Assembly (NCBI GenBank): GCA_044223005.1
Contig: JBGAML010000003.1
Location: 32,001 to 96,000, forward strand
Direction of reading: 5' to 3'
Length of the DNA stretch: 64,000 nt
From: Candidatus Eiseniibacteriota bacterium
GTDB taxonomy: Bacteria; Eisenbacteria; RBG-16-71-46
The position numbers were made by a program, and so were the translations under genes. Numbering within the stretch: the stretch's first letter is position 1; each line of letters begins with the position of its first letter. Shown piece after piece: positions 53,313-64,000 of this stretch. The notes beneath the pieces are model-generated. The model did not search any database. It saw nothing but the letters and a program-made list of their open reading frames with translations, and was not told the DNA's origin.

Positions 53313-54494
53313 TCAGGCGCGCTTCGCGAGTGCGTCGCCCAGGCGCTCGTAGTCTCCGGGCTCGTTGTAGACCTGGCCGCAGACGCGCACCCCCAGCCGG
53401 CCGAGCAGGGAGATGATCGGCACCTCGAAGCCGTCCTCGAAGAACAGCGCGTCGCGCAGCCGCGTCGCGTCCTCCTTCGTGGCGCCGAACGCGGGGGGCA
53501 GCCACAGCGTCGCCATGCAGCCGACCAGCGACTCCTCGACCTCGAAGCGCACGCCGAGCCGGTCCGCGATCGCGTGCGCGCCGTTCCATGCGAGCGCGTG
53601 GTTCCACTCACGCAGGGCGTCGAGCCCGGCGTCGTGCATGGCGCGCAGGCCTTCGGGCGCGGCCAGCCACGGCGAGGGATCGCGCGTACCCATCCAGTCG
53701 AACTCCGCCGTGAACCCCGCGTCGTAGCCCCACGAGAGCACCGGCGGGTGCAGGCCCTGCTGGCGTTCCGGCGGCGCCCACAGGAATCCGGCGCTGCGCG
53801 GGGACCACGCCCACTTGTGCAGGTTGCCCGTGTACCAGTCGGCCCCGATCGCCGGCAGGTCCAGCGGCAGGGCGCCGGGCGCGTGCGCGCCGTCGACCAG
53901 CACCGGGACGCCCTTCGCGTGGCAGCCGGCGACGAGCCGTTCGATCGGCAGCCGCAGCGCCGACGACGACGTGACGTGGTCGAGGATCGCGAGCTTCGTG
54001 CGCGGACCGATCGCGCCGAGGATCGCTTCCGCGATCGCGTCCGCGCGGATCGCGGGCGCCGGCAGTGCGAGCTCGCGCACCGTGGCGCCCCATGCGCGGG
54101 TGATCGCGCGGGCGCCGATCGTGATCGCGCCGTAGGCGTGGTCGGTGGTGAGCACCTCGTCGCCTTCGCGCCACGTCAGCGACCGGAGCACCGCGTTGCA
54201 GCCCGCGGTCGCGTTGTCCACGAACACGAGGTCCTCGCCGCGCGCGCCGACGAAGGCCGCGACCTCCGCCGCCGCCGCGCGCATGCGCGGAGCGGCGCTG
54301 ACGGCGCGCCCTTCGAGGTGGTTCGCGTCGCGGAACAGGAACCGCGCCGGCTGGCGGTCCATGGCGTCGCGGATCGCCTGCTGCGCGGCGAGCACGCGCT
54401 TCGGGGCGACACCGACGGTGCCGTGGTTCAGGTACGTGATCCCGGGTTCGAGCGGCCAGTCCTCGAGCCGCGCGTGGCCGAACGCTGCCGACAT
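53313..54494 (-). CDS. Class V PLP enzyme (isopenicillin N epimerase/EgtE-like)
   Basis: YLNHG, NAT, DHVTS, VDGAHAPG, GNLHKW. Confidence 0.9.
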   Translation of the reverse strand: MSAAFGHARLEDWPLEPGITYLNHGTVGVAPKRVLAAQQAIRDAMDRQPARFLFRDANHLEGRAVSAAPRMRAAAAEVAAFVGARGEDLVFVDNATAGCNAVLRSLTWREGDEVLTTDHAYGAITIGARAITRAWGATVRELALPAPAIRADAIAEAILGAIGPRTKLAILDHVTSSSALRLPIERLVAGCHAKGVPVLVDGAHAPGALPLDLPAIGADWYTGNLHKWAWSPRSAGFLWAPPERQQGLHPPVLSWGYDAGFTAEFDWMGTRDPSPWLAAPEGLRAMHDAGLDALREWNHALAWNGAHAIADRLGVRFEVEESLVGCMATLWLPPAFGATKEDATRLRDALFFEDGFEVPIISLLGRLGVRVCGQVYNEPGDYERLGDALAKRA

Positions 54495-54676
54495 GCGATG
54501 CCTCCTCGGTGGATGCCCGCACTGTGGCAGGACCACGGCCCGGCCGCCAAATTCCGGGTACGGCGGTTCCCGCGCGTGGCGCCCACGGCGAAGGGTCTTC
54601 GGCTGGTGCGCCCGCGCCGGCGCCGCTACAGTGCCGCGCACCCCACGCACCGCAGGCCCCGACCCGGGAGAGCGAC

Positions 54677-55774
54677 GTGAAAGCCCTCGCCGTCCGACCC
54701 GCGACGCGCACCGTGGAGTTGATCGACCACCCCGAGCCCGTGCTCGGCACCGGCACCGACGTGCGCATGCGCGTGCTGCACGTGGGCATCTGCGGCACCG
54801 ATCGCGAGATCTGCGCGTTCGACTACGGCACGCCGCCCACCGGCTCGGACCATCTCGTGATCGGTCACGAATCGCTGGCCGAGATCGTCGACGTCGGCGC
54901 GGCCGTGAAGGACCTGGCGCCGGGGCAACTCGTGGTCACCATGGTGCGGCGGCCGTGCGCTCATCCGGAGTGCGACGCCTGCCGTGCGGGTCGCCAGGAC
55001 TTCTGCCGCACGGGCGACTACGTCGAACGCGGCATCAAGGGCGCGCACGGCTTCATGACCGAGCGCATCGTCGACGACGCGCGCTGGCTCGTCCCGGTCC
55101 CCGCCGCTCTGCGCGACGTCGCGGTGCTGGTCGAACCGCTGACGATCGCCGAGAAGGCGCTGCTCGAAGTGGAGCAGATGCTCGACCGCATGCCGTGGCG
55201 GCGCGAAGACGTGCGCGGCCTCGAAGCGGTCGTGCTGGGCGGCGGGCCCGTGGGCCTGCTCGGGGCGATGGCGCTGCGTGCGGCGGGCTGCGAGGTGACG
55301 CTCGTCTCGCGGCAGCCCGCGAGCGACGTGCGCGCGTCGCTGCTGGAACAGATCGGCGGGCAGTACGTGTCGGCCGAGACCGACTCGCTGACGACGATCA
55401 TGCGCCGGCTCGGGCGCGTCGACGTGGTCTACGAAGCGATCGGCGCCGCGGCGCCCGCGTTCGAGGCGCTGACGGCGCTGGGCCCGAACGGGCTGTTCGT
55501 CTTTACCGGCGTGCCCGGGCGGCGCGGAACCCCCGACGTGGACGGTGGTGCGGTGATGCGCTCGCTGGTGCTCAACAACCAGGTGCTGCTCGGCACGGTG
55601 AACGCCGGGCGCGATGCGTACCGGGCGGCGGTCACGGACCTCGGCCTGTTCATGGAGAAGTGGCCGGCGGCCGTGCGCGCGCTGATCACCTCGCACGTCG
55701 CGCTCGCGGACGCACCCGCCGCGCTGCTCGCGCGCGGCGGCGGTATCAAGACCGTCGTCGACGTGACGAACTGA
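54677..55774 (+). CDS. Zn-dependent (MDR) glucose 1-dehydrogenase-like enzyme
   Basis: GICGTDREI, GHE, VRRPC...C..C.......C, ERGIKG.HG, VL.NQ...GTVNA. Confidence 0.88.
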   Translation: MKALAVRPATRTVELIDHPEPVLGTGTDVRMRVLHVGICGTDREICAFDYGTPPTGSDHLVIGHESLAEIVDVGAAVKDLAPGQLVVTMVRRPCAHPECDACRAGRQDFCRTGDYVERGIKGAHGFMTERIVDDARWLVPVPAALRDVAVLVEPLTIAEKALLEVEQMLDRMPWRREDVRGLEAVVLGGGPVGLLGAMALRAAGCEVTLVSRQPASDVRASLLEQIGGQYVSAETDSLTTIMRRLGRVDVVYEAIGAAAPAFEALTALGPNGLFVFTGVPGRRGTPDVDGGAVMRSLVLNNQVLLGTVNAGRDAYRAAVTDLGLFMEKWPAAVRALITSHVALADAPAALLARGGGIKTVVDVTN

Positions 55775-55845
55775 GAGCGCGCTCGCGACGCACTTCGCCG
55801 TTGCGGGCCGGGCTGCCGGTGCCGCATCGTGACGGGCGGCGCACA

Positions 55846-55956
55846 GGGCGCCTCTCGTCCGCGGAAAGGGTTCGCCCACCTGCGCAGCGCCCCGAGCCGA
55901 ACACGACGAACCTTCGGCCCAACCGTGCGGACACGGGCGATCCTGGAGGTCGTCGC
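55846..55956 (+). ncRNA. Candidate structured cis-regulatory leader of the ankyrin gene
   Basis: Nested stems including GGG-TTCG-CCC, alternative GTCCGC/GCGGAC pairing and an SD-covering hairpin. Confidence 0.4.
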
Positions 55957-57579
55957 ATGTCCGATGCTGCCCGGGAGCCGGTGGCTCCCACGTTCGAGCG
56001 CGCCCGCGCCGCCGCCAAGCAGCTGCTGCGCGCTTGCCGCGCCGCCGATCCGTCCGCTCTCGCCCGCGTACAGGCGCAGTTGCCACGCCTCGCCGCGCTC
56101 CCGCCCGCCGACGCCGCGGAGCGCGTGAAGCTCGCCGACGTCCAGCACGCGTTCGCGCGTGAAGCCGGGCTCGAGTCGTGGGCCGCGCTGCGCCGGTTCA
56201 TCGAAGCGCGCGAGCCGCTGGCGGAGCAGGTGAAGCGCTTCGTGCGCGCATGGCACGACGCCGACGGCGACGCCATGCGCCGGGTGCTCGAATCGCACCC
56301 GGAGGTCGCACGCACGAGCCTGCACACCGCGTGTGCCGCGTGCGACCTCGCGCTCGTCGAAGCGTACCTCGCGCGCGATCCGGCGCTCGCGACCGCCCCG
56401 TTCGCGGGCACCGCGTGGACGCCGCTCGTGGCGCTCGCCGCGTCGCCACTCTTCGCGACGTCGCCGGCGCACGCGACCGCGAGCGTCGCGATCGCGGAGC
56501 GCCTGTTCGCGCTCGGCGCGGGCGCGAACGACTTCGTGCCGCACGAGGAGTTCGGGCAGGTGTCGAAGCTCACCGCGCTCTTCTACGCGAGCCAGAACGG
56601 CAACGCGCCGCTCGTGAGGACCCTGCTCGAACACGGCGCGGACCCCAACGACGGCGAGTCGGTCTACCACGCCGCCGAGCACGACCACCGCGAGGTGCTC
56701 GATCTGCTGCTCGCGCACGGCGCCGAGATCTCGGCGGCGCATCCACGCTGGAACAACACCGTGCTCTACTTCCTTTCGGGCTACCGCGAACTCAATCCGC
56801 GCGCGGCCGCCGCGACGCGCGGCATGCTGTGGCTGCTCGAGCACGGCGCCGATCCGAACGTGCCGAGCTACGAGCACCGCGAAACGCCGCTGCACCGCGT
56901 CGCCGAGTTCCGGCGCGACCTCGCGCTCGCGCGGGCGCTGCTCGATCACGGCGCCGACCCGAATGCGGCGCGCGCCGACGGCCGTACGCCGCTCGAGCTG
57001 GCGGTGCGCGCCGATCACGCGGCGCTGGTCGAGCTGCTGCGCGAACGCGGTGGGACGGCCGCGATCCGGCCGGTGGACCAGCTGCTGGGCGCGGCTGCGC
57101 GCGGCGACCTCGCCGCCGCGCGCGCGGTACTCGCCACGCACCCGGATCTGCTCGCGACGCTCGACGACGAAGATCGCCGTGCGCCGGTGCGCGCCGCCGA
57201 GAACGGCCAGGCCGATGCGATCCGCGTGCTGGCGGCGCTGGGTTTCGATCTCGGCGTGCACGGCCCCGGCGAGTCCACGCCGCTGCACCAGGCCGCGTGG
57301 CGCGGGCAGGTCGAAGCGGTGCGGGCGCTGCTCGAGGCGGGCGTCGCGATCGATCCGCGCGATGCGACCTATGGCAGCAGCCCGCTCGCGTGGGCCGCGC
57401 ACGGCTCGAAGTTCTGCCGCGACGCCGACGACGACTACATCGCGGTGATCGACCTGCTGCTCGCCGCGGGTGCCACGCGCGAGCCGTCGTACAACCACTG
57501 GAAGGAGCCGCCCGAGAACCTCGCGAGCGACGCGGTGAGCGAACACCTGCGCGCCCGCGGGTTCGCACCCGCGGGCTGA
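55957..57579 (+). CDS. Ankyrin-repeat protein with a small N-terminal helical domain
   Basis: GGAGG RBS; AKQLLRA...LADVQHAFAREAGLESW N-domain; repeats LLEHGADPN, ETPLH, TPLELA, STPLHQAA. Confidence 0.92.
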   Translation: MSDAAREPVAPTFERARAAAKQLLRACRAADPSALARVQAQLPRLAALPPADAAERVKLADVQHAFAREAGLESWAALRRFIEAREPLAEQVKRFVRAWHDADGDAMRRVLESHPEVARTSLHTACAACDLALVEAYLARDPALATAPFAGTAWTPLVALAASPLFATSPAHATASVAIAERLFALGAGANDFVPHEEFGQVSKLTALFYASQNGNAPLVRTLLEHGADPNDGESVYHAAEHDHREVLDLLLAHGAEISAAHPRWNNTVLYFLSGYRELNPRAAAATRGMLWLLEHGADPNVPSYEHRETPLHRVAEFRRDLALARALLDHGADPNAARADGRTPLELAVRADHAALVELLRERGGTAAIRPVDQLLGAAARGDLAAARAVLATHPDLLATLDDEDRRAPVRAAENGQADAIRVLAALGFDLGVHGPGESTPLHQAAWRGQVEAVRALLEAGVAIDPRDATYGSSPLAWAAHGSKFCRDADDDYIAVIDLLLAAGATREPSYNHWKEPPENLASDAVSEHLRARGFAPAG

Positions 57580-57655
57580 TCGCCGGCGCGTCTCGTGTAC
57601 GATGCGGCCTCCGGGACCCCACCCCGGGGGCCGCGACCGTGACGGGGGAACCGCG

Positions 57656-60352
<2,697 letters not shown>

Positions 60353-60366
60353 ACATCGCCGTGACG

Positions 60367-60415
60367 ACTTTTCGCCACAAAGTGCTTGACGGTGGTGGCC
60401 CACGCGCGGTGCAAT
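60367..60415 (+). promoter_or_regulatory. Operator and promoter of the membrane protein/wHTH pair
   Basis: ACTTT-N7-AAAGT palindrome (60367-60383) next to TTGACG-N18-TGCAAT, 6 nt before the ATG. Confidence 0.6.
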
Positions 60416-60421
60416 CGAGGC

Positions 60422-61036
60422 ATGCCCGACCTCCGCCGCGAACTCGACGAACTGCCGCCGCCGCTGCCGCTGCACGCGCACGCCGAAGCGGATCTGCGCT
60501 GGATCCGTACCGCGATCGAACGCGCGGGAGCGTTCACGTCCATCTCCGGCTGGGGCGAGGTCGCGGTGGGGCTCACCGCGCTGCTCGCCGCCGCGATCGC
60601 ACCGCGTGACGTCGGCTCGGACCGCTGGGTCGCGCTCTGGCTCGGCGAGGCGCTCGTCGCCGCAGCGATCAGCGTCTGGAGCGCCGCGCTCAAGGCGCAG
60701 CGCCTCGGCGTGCCGCTCTTCGGCGCCCCGGGCCAGCGCTTCACGCTCGCCTTCGCCACGCCGGCCGCGGCCGGCGCCGTGCTGACCGCGGCGCTCGTGC
60801 GCGGACACGCCTTCGCGTTCCTGCCCGGCACGTGGCTGCTGCTCTACGGCGCCGCGATCGCCGGCGGCGGCGCGTTCTCGGTGCCCGCCGTCCCCGCGAT
60901 GGGCGCCTGTTTCATGGTCGTGGGCACCGCCGCCCTGTTCACGCCCACGGGCTGGGCGAACGCCTGGCTCGCGCTCGGATTCGGCCTGGTCCACGTCGGC
61001 TTCGGGGCGTGGATCGCACGGAGGCACGGTGGCTGA
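60422..61036 (+). CDS. Membrane protein paired with a winged-helix regulator
   Basis: A.ADLRWIRTAIERA N-terminus, ~6 TM helices, WLLLYG, FGLVH. Confidence 0.8.
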   Translation: MPDLRRELDELPPPLPLHAHAEADLRWIRTAIERAGAFTSISGWGEVAVGLTALLAAAIAPRDVGSDRWVALWLGEALVAAAISVWSAALKAQRLGVPLFGAPGQRFTLAFATPAAAGAVLTAALVRGHAFAFLPGTWLLLYGAAIAGGGAFSVPAVPAMGACFMVVGTAALFTPTGWANAWLALGFGLVHVGFGAWIARRHGG

Positions 61037-61400
61037 CGCCGCCCGCCGCAAGAGCGGCACGCGCCGCGCGGAGGTTCCGGAGGCCCCGGACCGTTCCACG
61101 ACGCGGCACATGGACCTCGACCGCGTGATCCACGAGCACGTGCGGCTCGCGATCGTGAGCGCGCTCGCGGTCAACGCGTCGCTGACGTTCAACGACCTCA
61201 AGTCCCTGCTGCGGATCACGGACGGCAACCTCAGCGTGCACGCGCGCAAGCTCGAGGAGGCCGGGTACGTCGAATGCACGAAGACGTTCCAGGACCGTGT
61301 CCCGCGCACGCGCTACAAGCTCACGGCCACCGGCCGGCGGGCCCTGACGCGATACCTCGACCACATGGAAGCGCTGATCCGCGCGACCCGCGACCGCTGA
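61029..61400 (+). CDS. Winged-helix (HTH_34/MarR-like) transcriptional regulator
   Basis: LDRVIHE..RLAIVSAL, TDGNLSVHARKLEEAGYV, PRT.Y.LT..GR. Confidence 0.92.
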   Translation: MADAARRKSGTRRAEVPEAPDRSTTRHMDLDRVIHEHVRLAIVSALAVNASLTFNDLKSLLRITDGNLSVHARKLEEAGYVECTKTFQDRVPRTRYKLTATGRRALTRYLDHMEALIRATRDR

Positions 61401-61691
61401 CCGCTGCCGACCCGGGGGTTCATTCCCGCCGGGGAAGCGCCGATACCTGCACTCGTACGCGCGAGGGACGCGCGATCGCCCCCTGGGAGTCCGACACCAT
61501 GAAGCGTCACCACCCGGCTCGCCGTTCGCGGCGGGCGCTCCACCGCACGATGCAGGCGCTCGATCCGCGCCGGCCCGCTCACACCCGCTTCGACGGCCGC
61601 GTGGCACTCGCGGTGCTCTGGGCGCTCGGCCGCCTCGCGCGGCCGCCGTGTGCACGGCGGCCCCGCGTTCACGTTCCTGAGGCGGCGGGCG

Positions 61692-62282
61692 TCAGGATTC
61701 CTGACGCTCGCGCGGCCACGGTTCCGCGAGCACCGCTTCGAGCGGCGCGAGCGCGAGCCGGCGGCCCGCTCCCGGTGGCGGCGGTACCATGCTGCGCTCG
61801 TGCGGCGTCACGGCGTGCCGGCGCCGCAGCTCGAGCCGCAGGCTGAGCTCGCCGAGCCGCATCGCGCCGCGGTAGCGCAGCGCGAGCAGCGGTGCGATCA
61901 CGCGCGAGACGGTGCCCGCGGCGACGCCCGACACGCGCGGCCGCCAGCAGGAGTCGACGATCGCGTAGGGACCGCGCGCACGCACGGCGAACGAGCCCAT
62001 GCCGGCGAGCGCGCCGTGGATCGCGAAGCTCACGCGTTCGGGGCGCACGCACTCCTCGACGACGAGCCGCCAGGCGAGACGTCCCGGCACGAGGCCGCGG
62101 CTCTCGAGCTCGACGACGCGTCCGCGTCCGTCGGGGGTGCCGCGCTCGACCAGGCGCGCGTGCGGGTGCACCGCGGGCCACCAGCGCGCCCAACCTTCGG
62201 CTTCGGCGAGAAGATCGAACACCTCGGACGCGTCGCCCGGGACGCGCCAGGTGTTGCGCAAGCACAGTTCGGTACCCGCCAT
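61692..62282 (-). CDS. SRPBCC/polyketide cyclase-like protein
   Basis: WRV.G...EVFDLL.....W.RWWP, G.L.G.G; 3' end uncertain. Confidence 0.6.
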   Translation of the reverse strand: MAGTELCLRNTWRVPGDASEVFDLLAEAEGWARWWPAVHPHARLVERGTPDGRGRVVELESRGLVPGRLAWRLVVEECVRPERVSFAIHGALAGMGSFAVRARGPYAIVDSCWRPRVSGVAAGTVSRVIAPLLALRYRGAMRLGELSLRLELRRRHAVTPHERSMVPPPPGAGRRLALAPLEAVLAEPWPRERQES

Positions 62283-62474
62283 GAAGAGGAATCCCCTCGG
62301 GCTCGAGAAACGGACGGCTTTCGATTCTAGGGGTGGGGGTGACCGCCTCGATGATAGCGCACGAACCGGCTCCCTTGTCCCGGAATCGTTCGGTCCCCTC
62401 GGGGGGGGCGCCGCATCCGTCCGCTGCGGCGCCGCGCCCGGCCCGGTCCCGGTTGCCCGAGGGCCGGTTGCGGC

Positions 62475-62504
62475 TCCAACCTTGGGGCCGATCCCCACGT
62501 CCAA
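62475..62504 (+). promoter_or_regulatory. Putative ECF autoregulatory promoter
   Basis: AAC (62478-62480)-N17-CGTC (62498-62501) just upstream of the sigma ATG. Confidence 0.55.
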
Positions 62505-62512
62505 CCAGGTGC

Positions 62513-63091
62513 ATGAGCCTGATCGCCACCTGGCAGTTGCGACCCCACGCCACGGACCGAACCGCCCTGTCCCCGATTCTCGAGACCCGCGACGACGTGG
62601 CGCTGGCCGCGCGTGGAGACACGCGGGCCTTCGCGCGCCTGTACGAGCTCCACAAGGGCCGCGTCCACGCGCTGGCCCGCCGCATGGCCGGGGACGAACA
62701 CGCGGTCGAGCTCACGCAGGACGTCTTCGTCCGCGCGTGGCAGAAGCTGGGCACGTTCCGCGGCGAGGCGCAGTTCGGCACCTGGCTGCACCGCCTCGCG
62801 GTGAACCTGATCCTCAGCCGGCGCGCGAGCTTCGCCACCCAGCGGGCGCGCTTCCTCGCGGACGACGACATCCTCGAGGACCTGCCCGCGCGCGCGGGCA
62901 ACCGCGAGTTCGGGATGGATTTCGAGACCGCGATCACGCGGCTGCCGGACGGCGCGCGCGCGGTCTTCGTGCTGCACGACATCGAAGGTTACCGACACGA
63001 GGAGATCGCCGCGCTGCTCGGCGTCACCTCGGGCACGACCAAGGCGCAGTTGCATCGAGCCCGGATGCTGCTGCGCCGGCACCTGGCCTGA
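62513..63091 (+). CDS. ECF RNA polymerase sigma factor
   Basis: GD..AF..LY, A.ELTQDVF, F.TWLHRLAVN, LP...R.VFVL...EG..HEEIA. Confidence 0.93.
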   Translation: MSLIATWQLRPHATDRTALSPILETRDDVALAARGDTRAFARLYELHKGRVHALARRMAGDEHAVELTQDVFVRAWQKLGTFRGEAQFGTWLHRLAVNLILSRRASFATQRARFLADDDILEDLPARAGNREFGMDFETAITRLPDGARAVFVLHDIEGYRHEEIAALLGVTSGTTKAQLHRARMLLRRHLA

Positions 63092-63110
63092 AGAAGGGTC
63101 ACGAACACAC

Positions 63111-63785
63111 ATGAACGACCATCTCACTCACGCACTCTCGGACTACCTCGACGGGGATCTCGGCCCGCACGAGCGCGCGTCCGCCGACGCGCACCTCGCG
63201 TCGTGCGCCGAGTGCCGCGCGCTGCTCGAGGAGCTGCGCGCCGTGAAGGACCGCGCGGGCGCGCTCGTGGACCCGCCGACGCCGGACGATCTCTGGGCGG
63301 GGATCGCGTCTCGCATCGGCTCGGCGGGCTCCGCGACCGCGTCGCGCGGTCGCATCCTCGCGCTGCCCCGGCGGCGCGCCTTCTCCGCGTGGCCGTCGCT
63401 CGCCGCGGCGGCGGCGGTGCTCGTCGTCGCGTTCGGCGCATTCTGGCTCGTGAACGGCGCGCGCCGCGCCGAGGCGCCGGGCACCGTCGCGACGCGCGAT
63501 GCCGCGCCGGCGGAGACGACGCAGCTCGCCACGTTCGACGCGGCCCGCGTCGAGGGCGAGATCGCGCAGCTGCAGCGCTCGCTCGACCGCGGCCGCGGCA
63601 AGCTCGATCCCAAGACGGTGCAGGTGCTCGAGCAGAACCTCGCGCTGATCCGCCAGGCGACCGAGGACGCGCGCGCCGCGCTGGCCAAGGATCCGGCCAA
63701 TCGCGAGCTGCAGGACTATTTCGCCGGCACGGTGCAGAGCAAGCTCGACCTGATGCGCCGGGCCACCGCGATGGTGGGGGTGTGA
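63111..63785 (+). CDS. Zinc-binding (ZAS, zf-HC2) membrane anti-sigma factor
   Basis: LSDYLDG.L, HLASCAEC, one TM helix. Confidence 0.9.
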   Translation: MNDHLTHALSDYLDGDLGPHERASADAHLASCAECRALLEELRAVKDRAGALVDPPTPDDLWAGIASRIGSAGSATASRGRILALPRRRAFSAWPSLAAAAAVLVVAFGAFWLVNGARRAEAPGTVATRDAAPAETTQLATFDAARVEGEIAQLQRSLDRGRGKLDPKTVQVLEQNLALIRQATEDARAALAKDPANRELQDYFAGTVQSKLDLMRRATAMVGV

Positions 63786-63789
63786 CGCC

Positions 63790-64000
63790 ATGATCACGAT
63801 CCTGCTCGCCACCGTTCTCGCGCTGCCCGCGGCCGCGCCCGCGGCTCCCGCGACGCCGGCCACGCCGGCCGTCGCGCCCGCAGCGCCCGAGCCGCCCGGC
63901 GCCACGCTGCCCGCCGACGTGCGCGCGCTGGTGCAGGCCGCGCGCGCACTGCGCTCGGCGCTCGGCGACATGCCGGTTTCGCCCGCGCCCGTCGTCGACG
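63790..64000 (+). CDS. 5' part of a secreted protein in the ECF operon (truncated by window end)
   Basis: ATG 4 nt after the anti-sigma stop; MITILLATVLALPAAA signal peptide, Pro/Ala linker. Confidence 0.65.
   Translation, partial: MITILLATVLALPAAAPAAPATPATPAVAPAAPEPPGATLPADVRALVQAARALRSALGDMPVSPAPVVD

Noticed and set aside
61499..61846. Small ORF MKRHHPARRSRR... with a GGGAG RBS
   Set aside because: Overlaps the convergent SRPBCC-like gene by ~150 bp and has no motif; may be a short or frameshifted gene but is not supportable

Overview
A very GC-rich (roughly 70% by eye) diderm bacterial chromosome segment. Signal-peptide proteins ending in FlgD-Ig/T9SS-like domains or a 'STWGQLKSTYR' tail suggest an FCB-related candidate phylum such as Ca. 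Eisenbacteria (inference only). Most of the window is housekeeping or ordinary accessory content: metH, aceE, clpB, hisS-aspS, tRNA-Lys(CTT), an S9 peptidase, an ArfB-like factor, a TonB receptor, ALDH, glucose dehydrogenase, a GH63-like glucosidase and an ECF sigma/anti-sigma pair. No CRISPR array, rRNA, integrase or reverse transcriptase was seen. The unusual parts are: (1) a mosaic at 23.1-26.8 kb with an intact IS1-like element, a ~92%-identical second copy of the last 180 bp of a PaaK/CapK-like gene, and a lower-GC island where two toxin-tip-remnant/immunity-like pairs alternate with three different IS3-family right-end fragments; (2) a three-gene HyfE/NuoK-, NuoL- and NuoN-like membrane module that has lost the proton-pumping lysines, transcribed behind a PTS EIIA gene; (3) a structured, switch-like 5' leader before an ankyrin gene; (4) a ~140 bp MITE and a dispersed hairpin, both related to the IS1-like element; (5) an NYN-Zn-ribbon-cold-shock fusion. 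All family calls come from motif recognition by eye; no searches were run.
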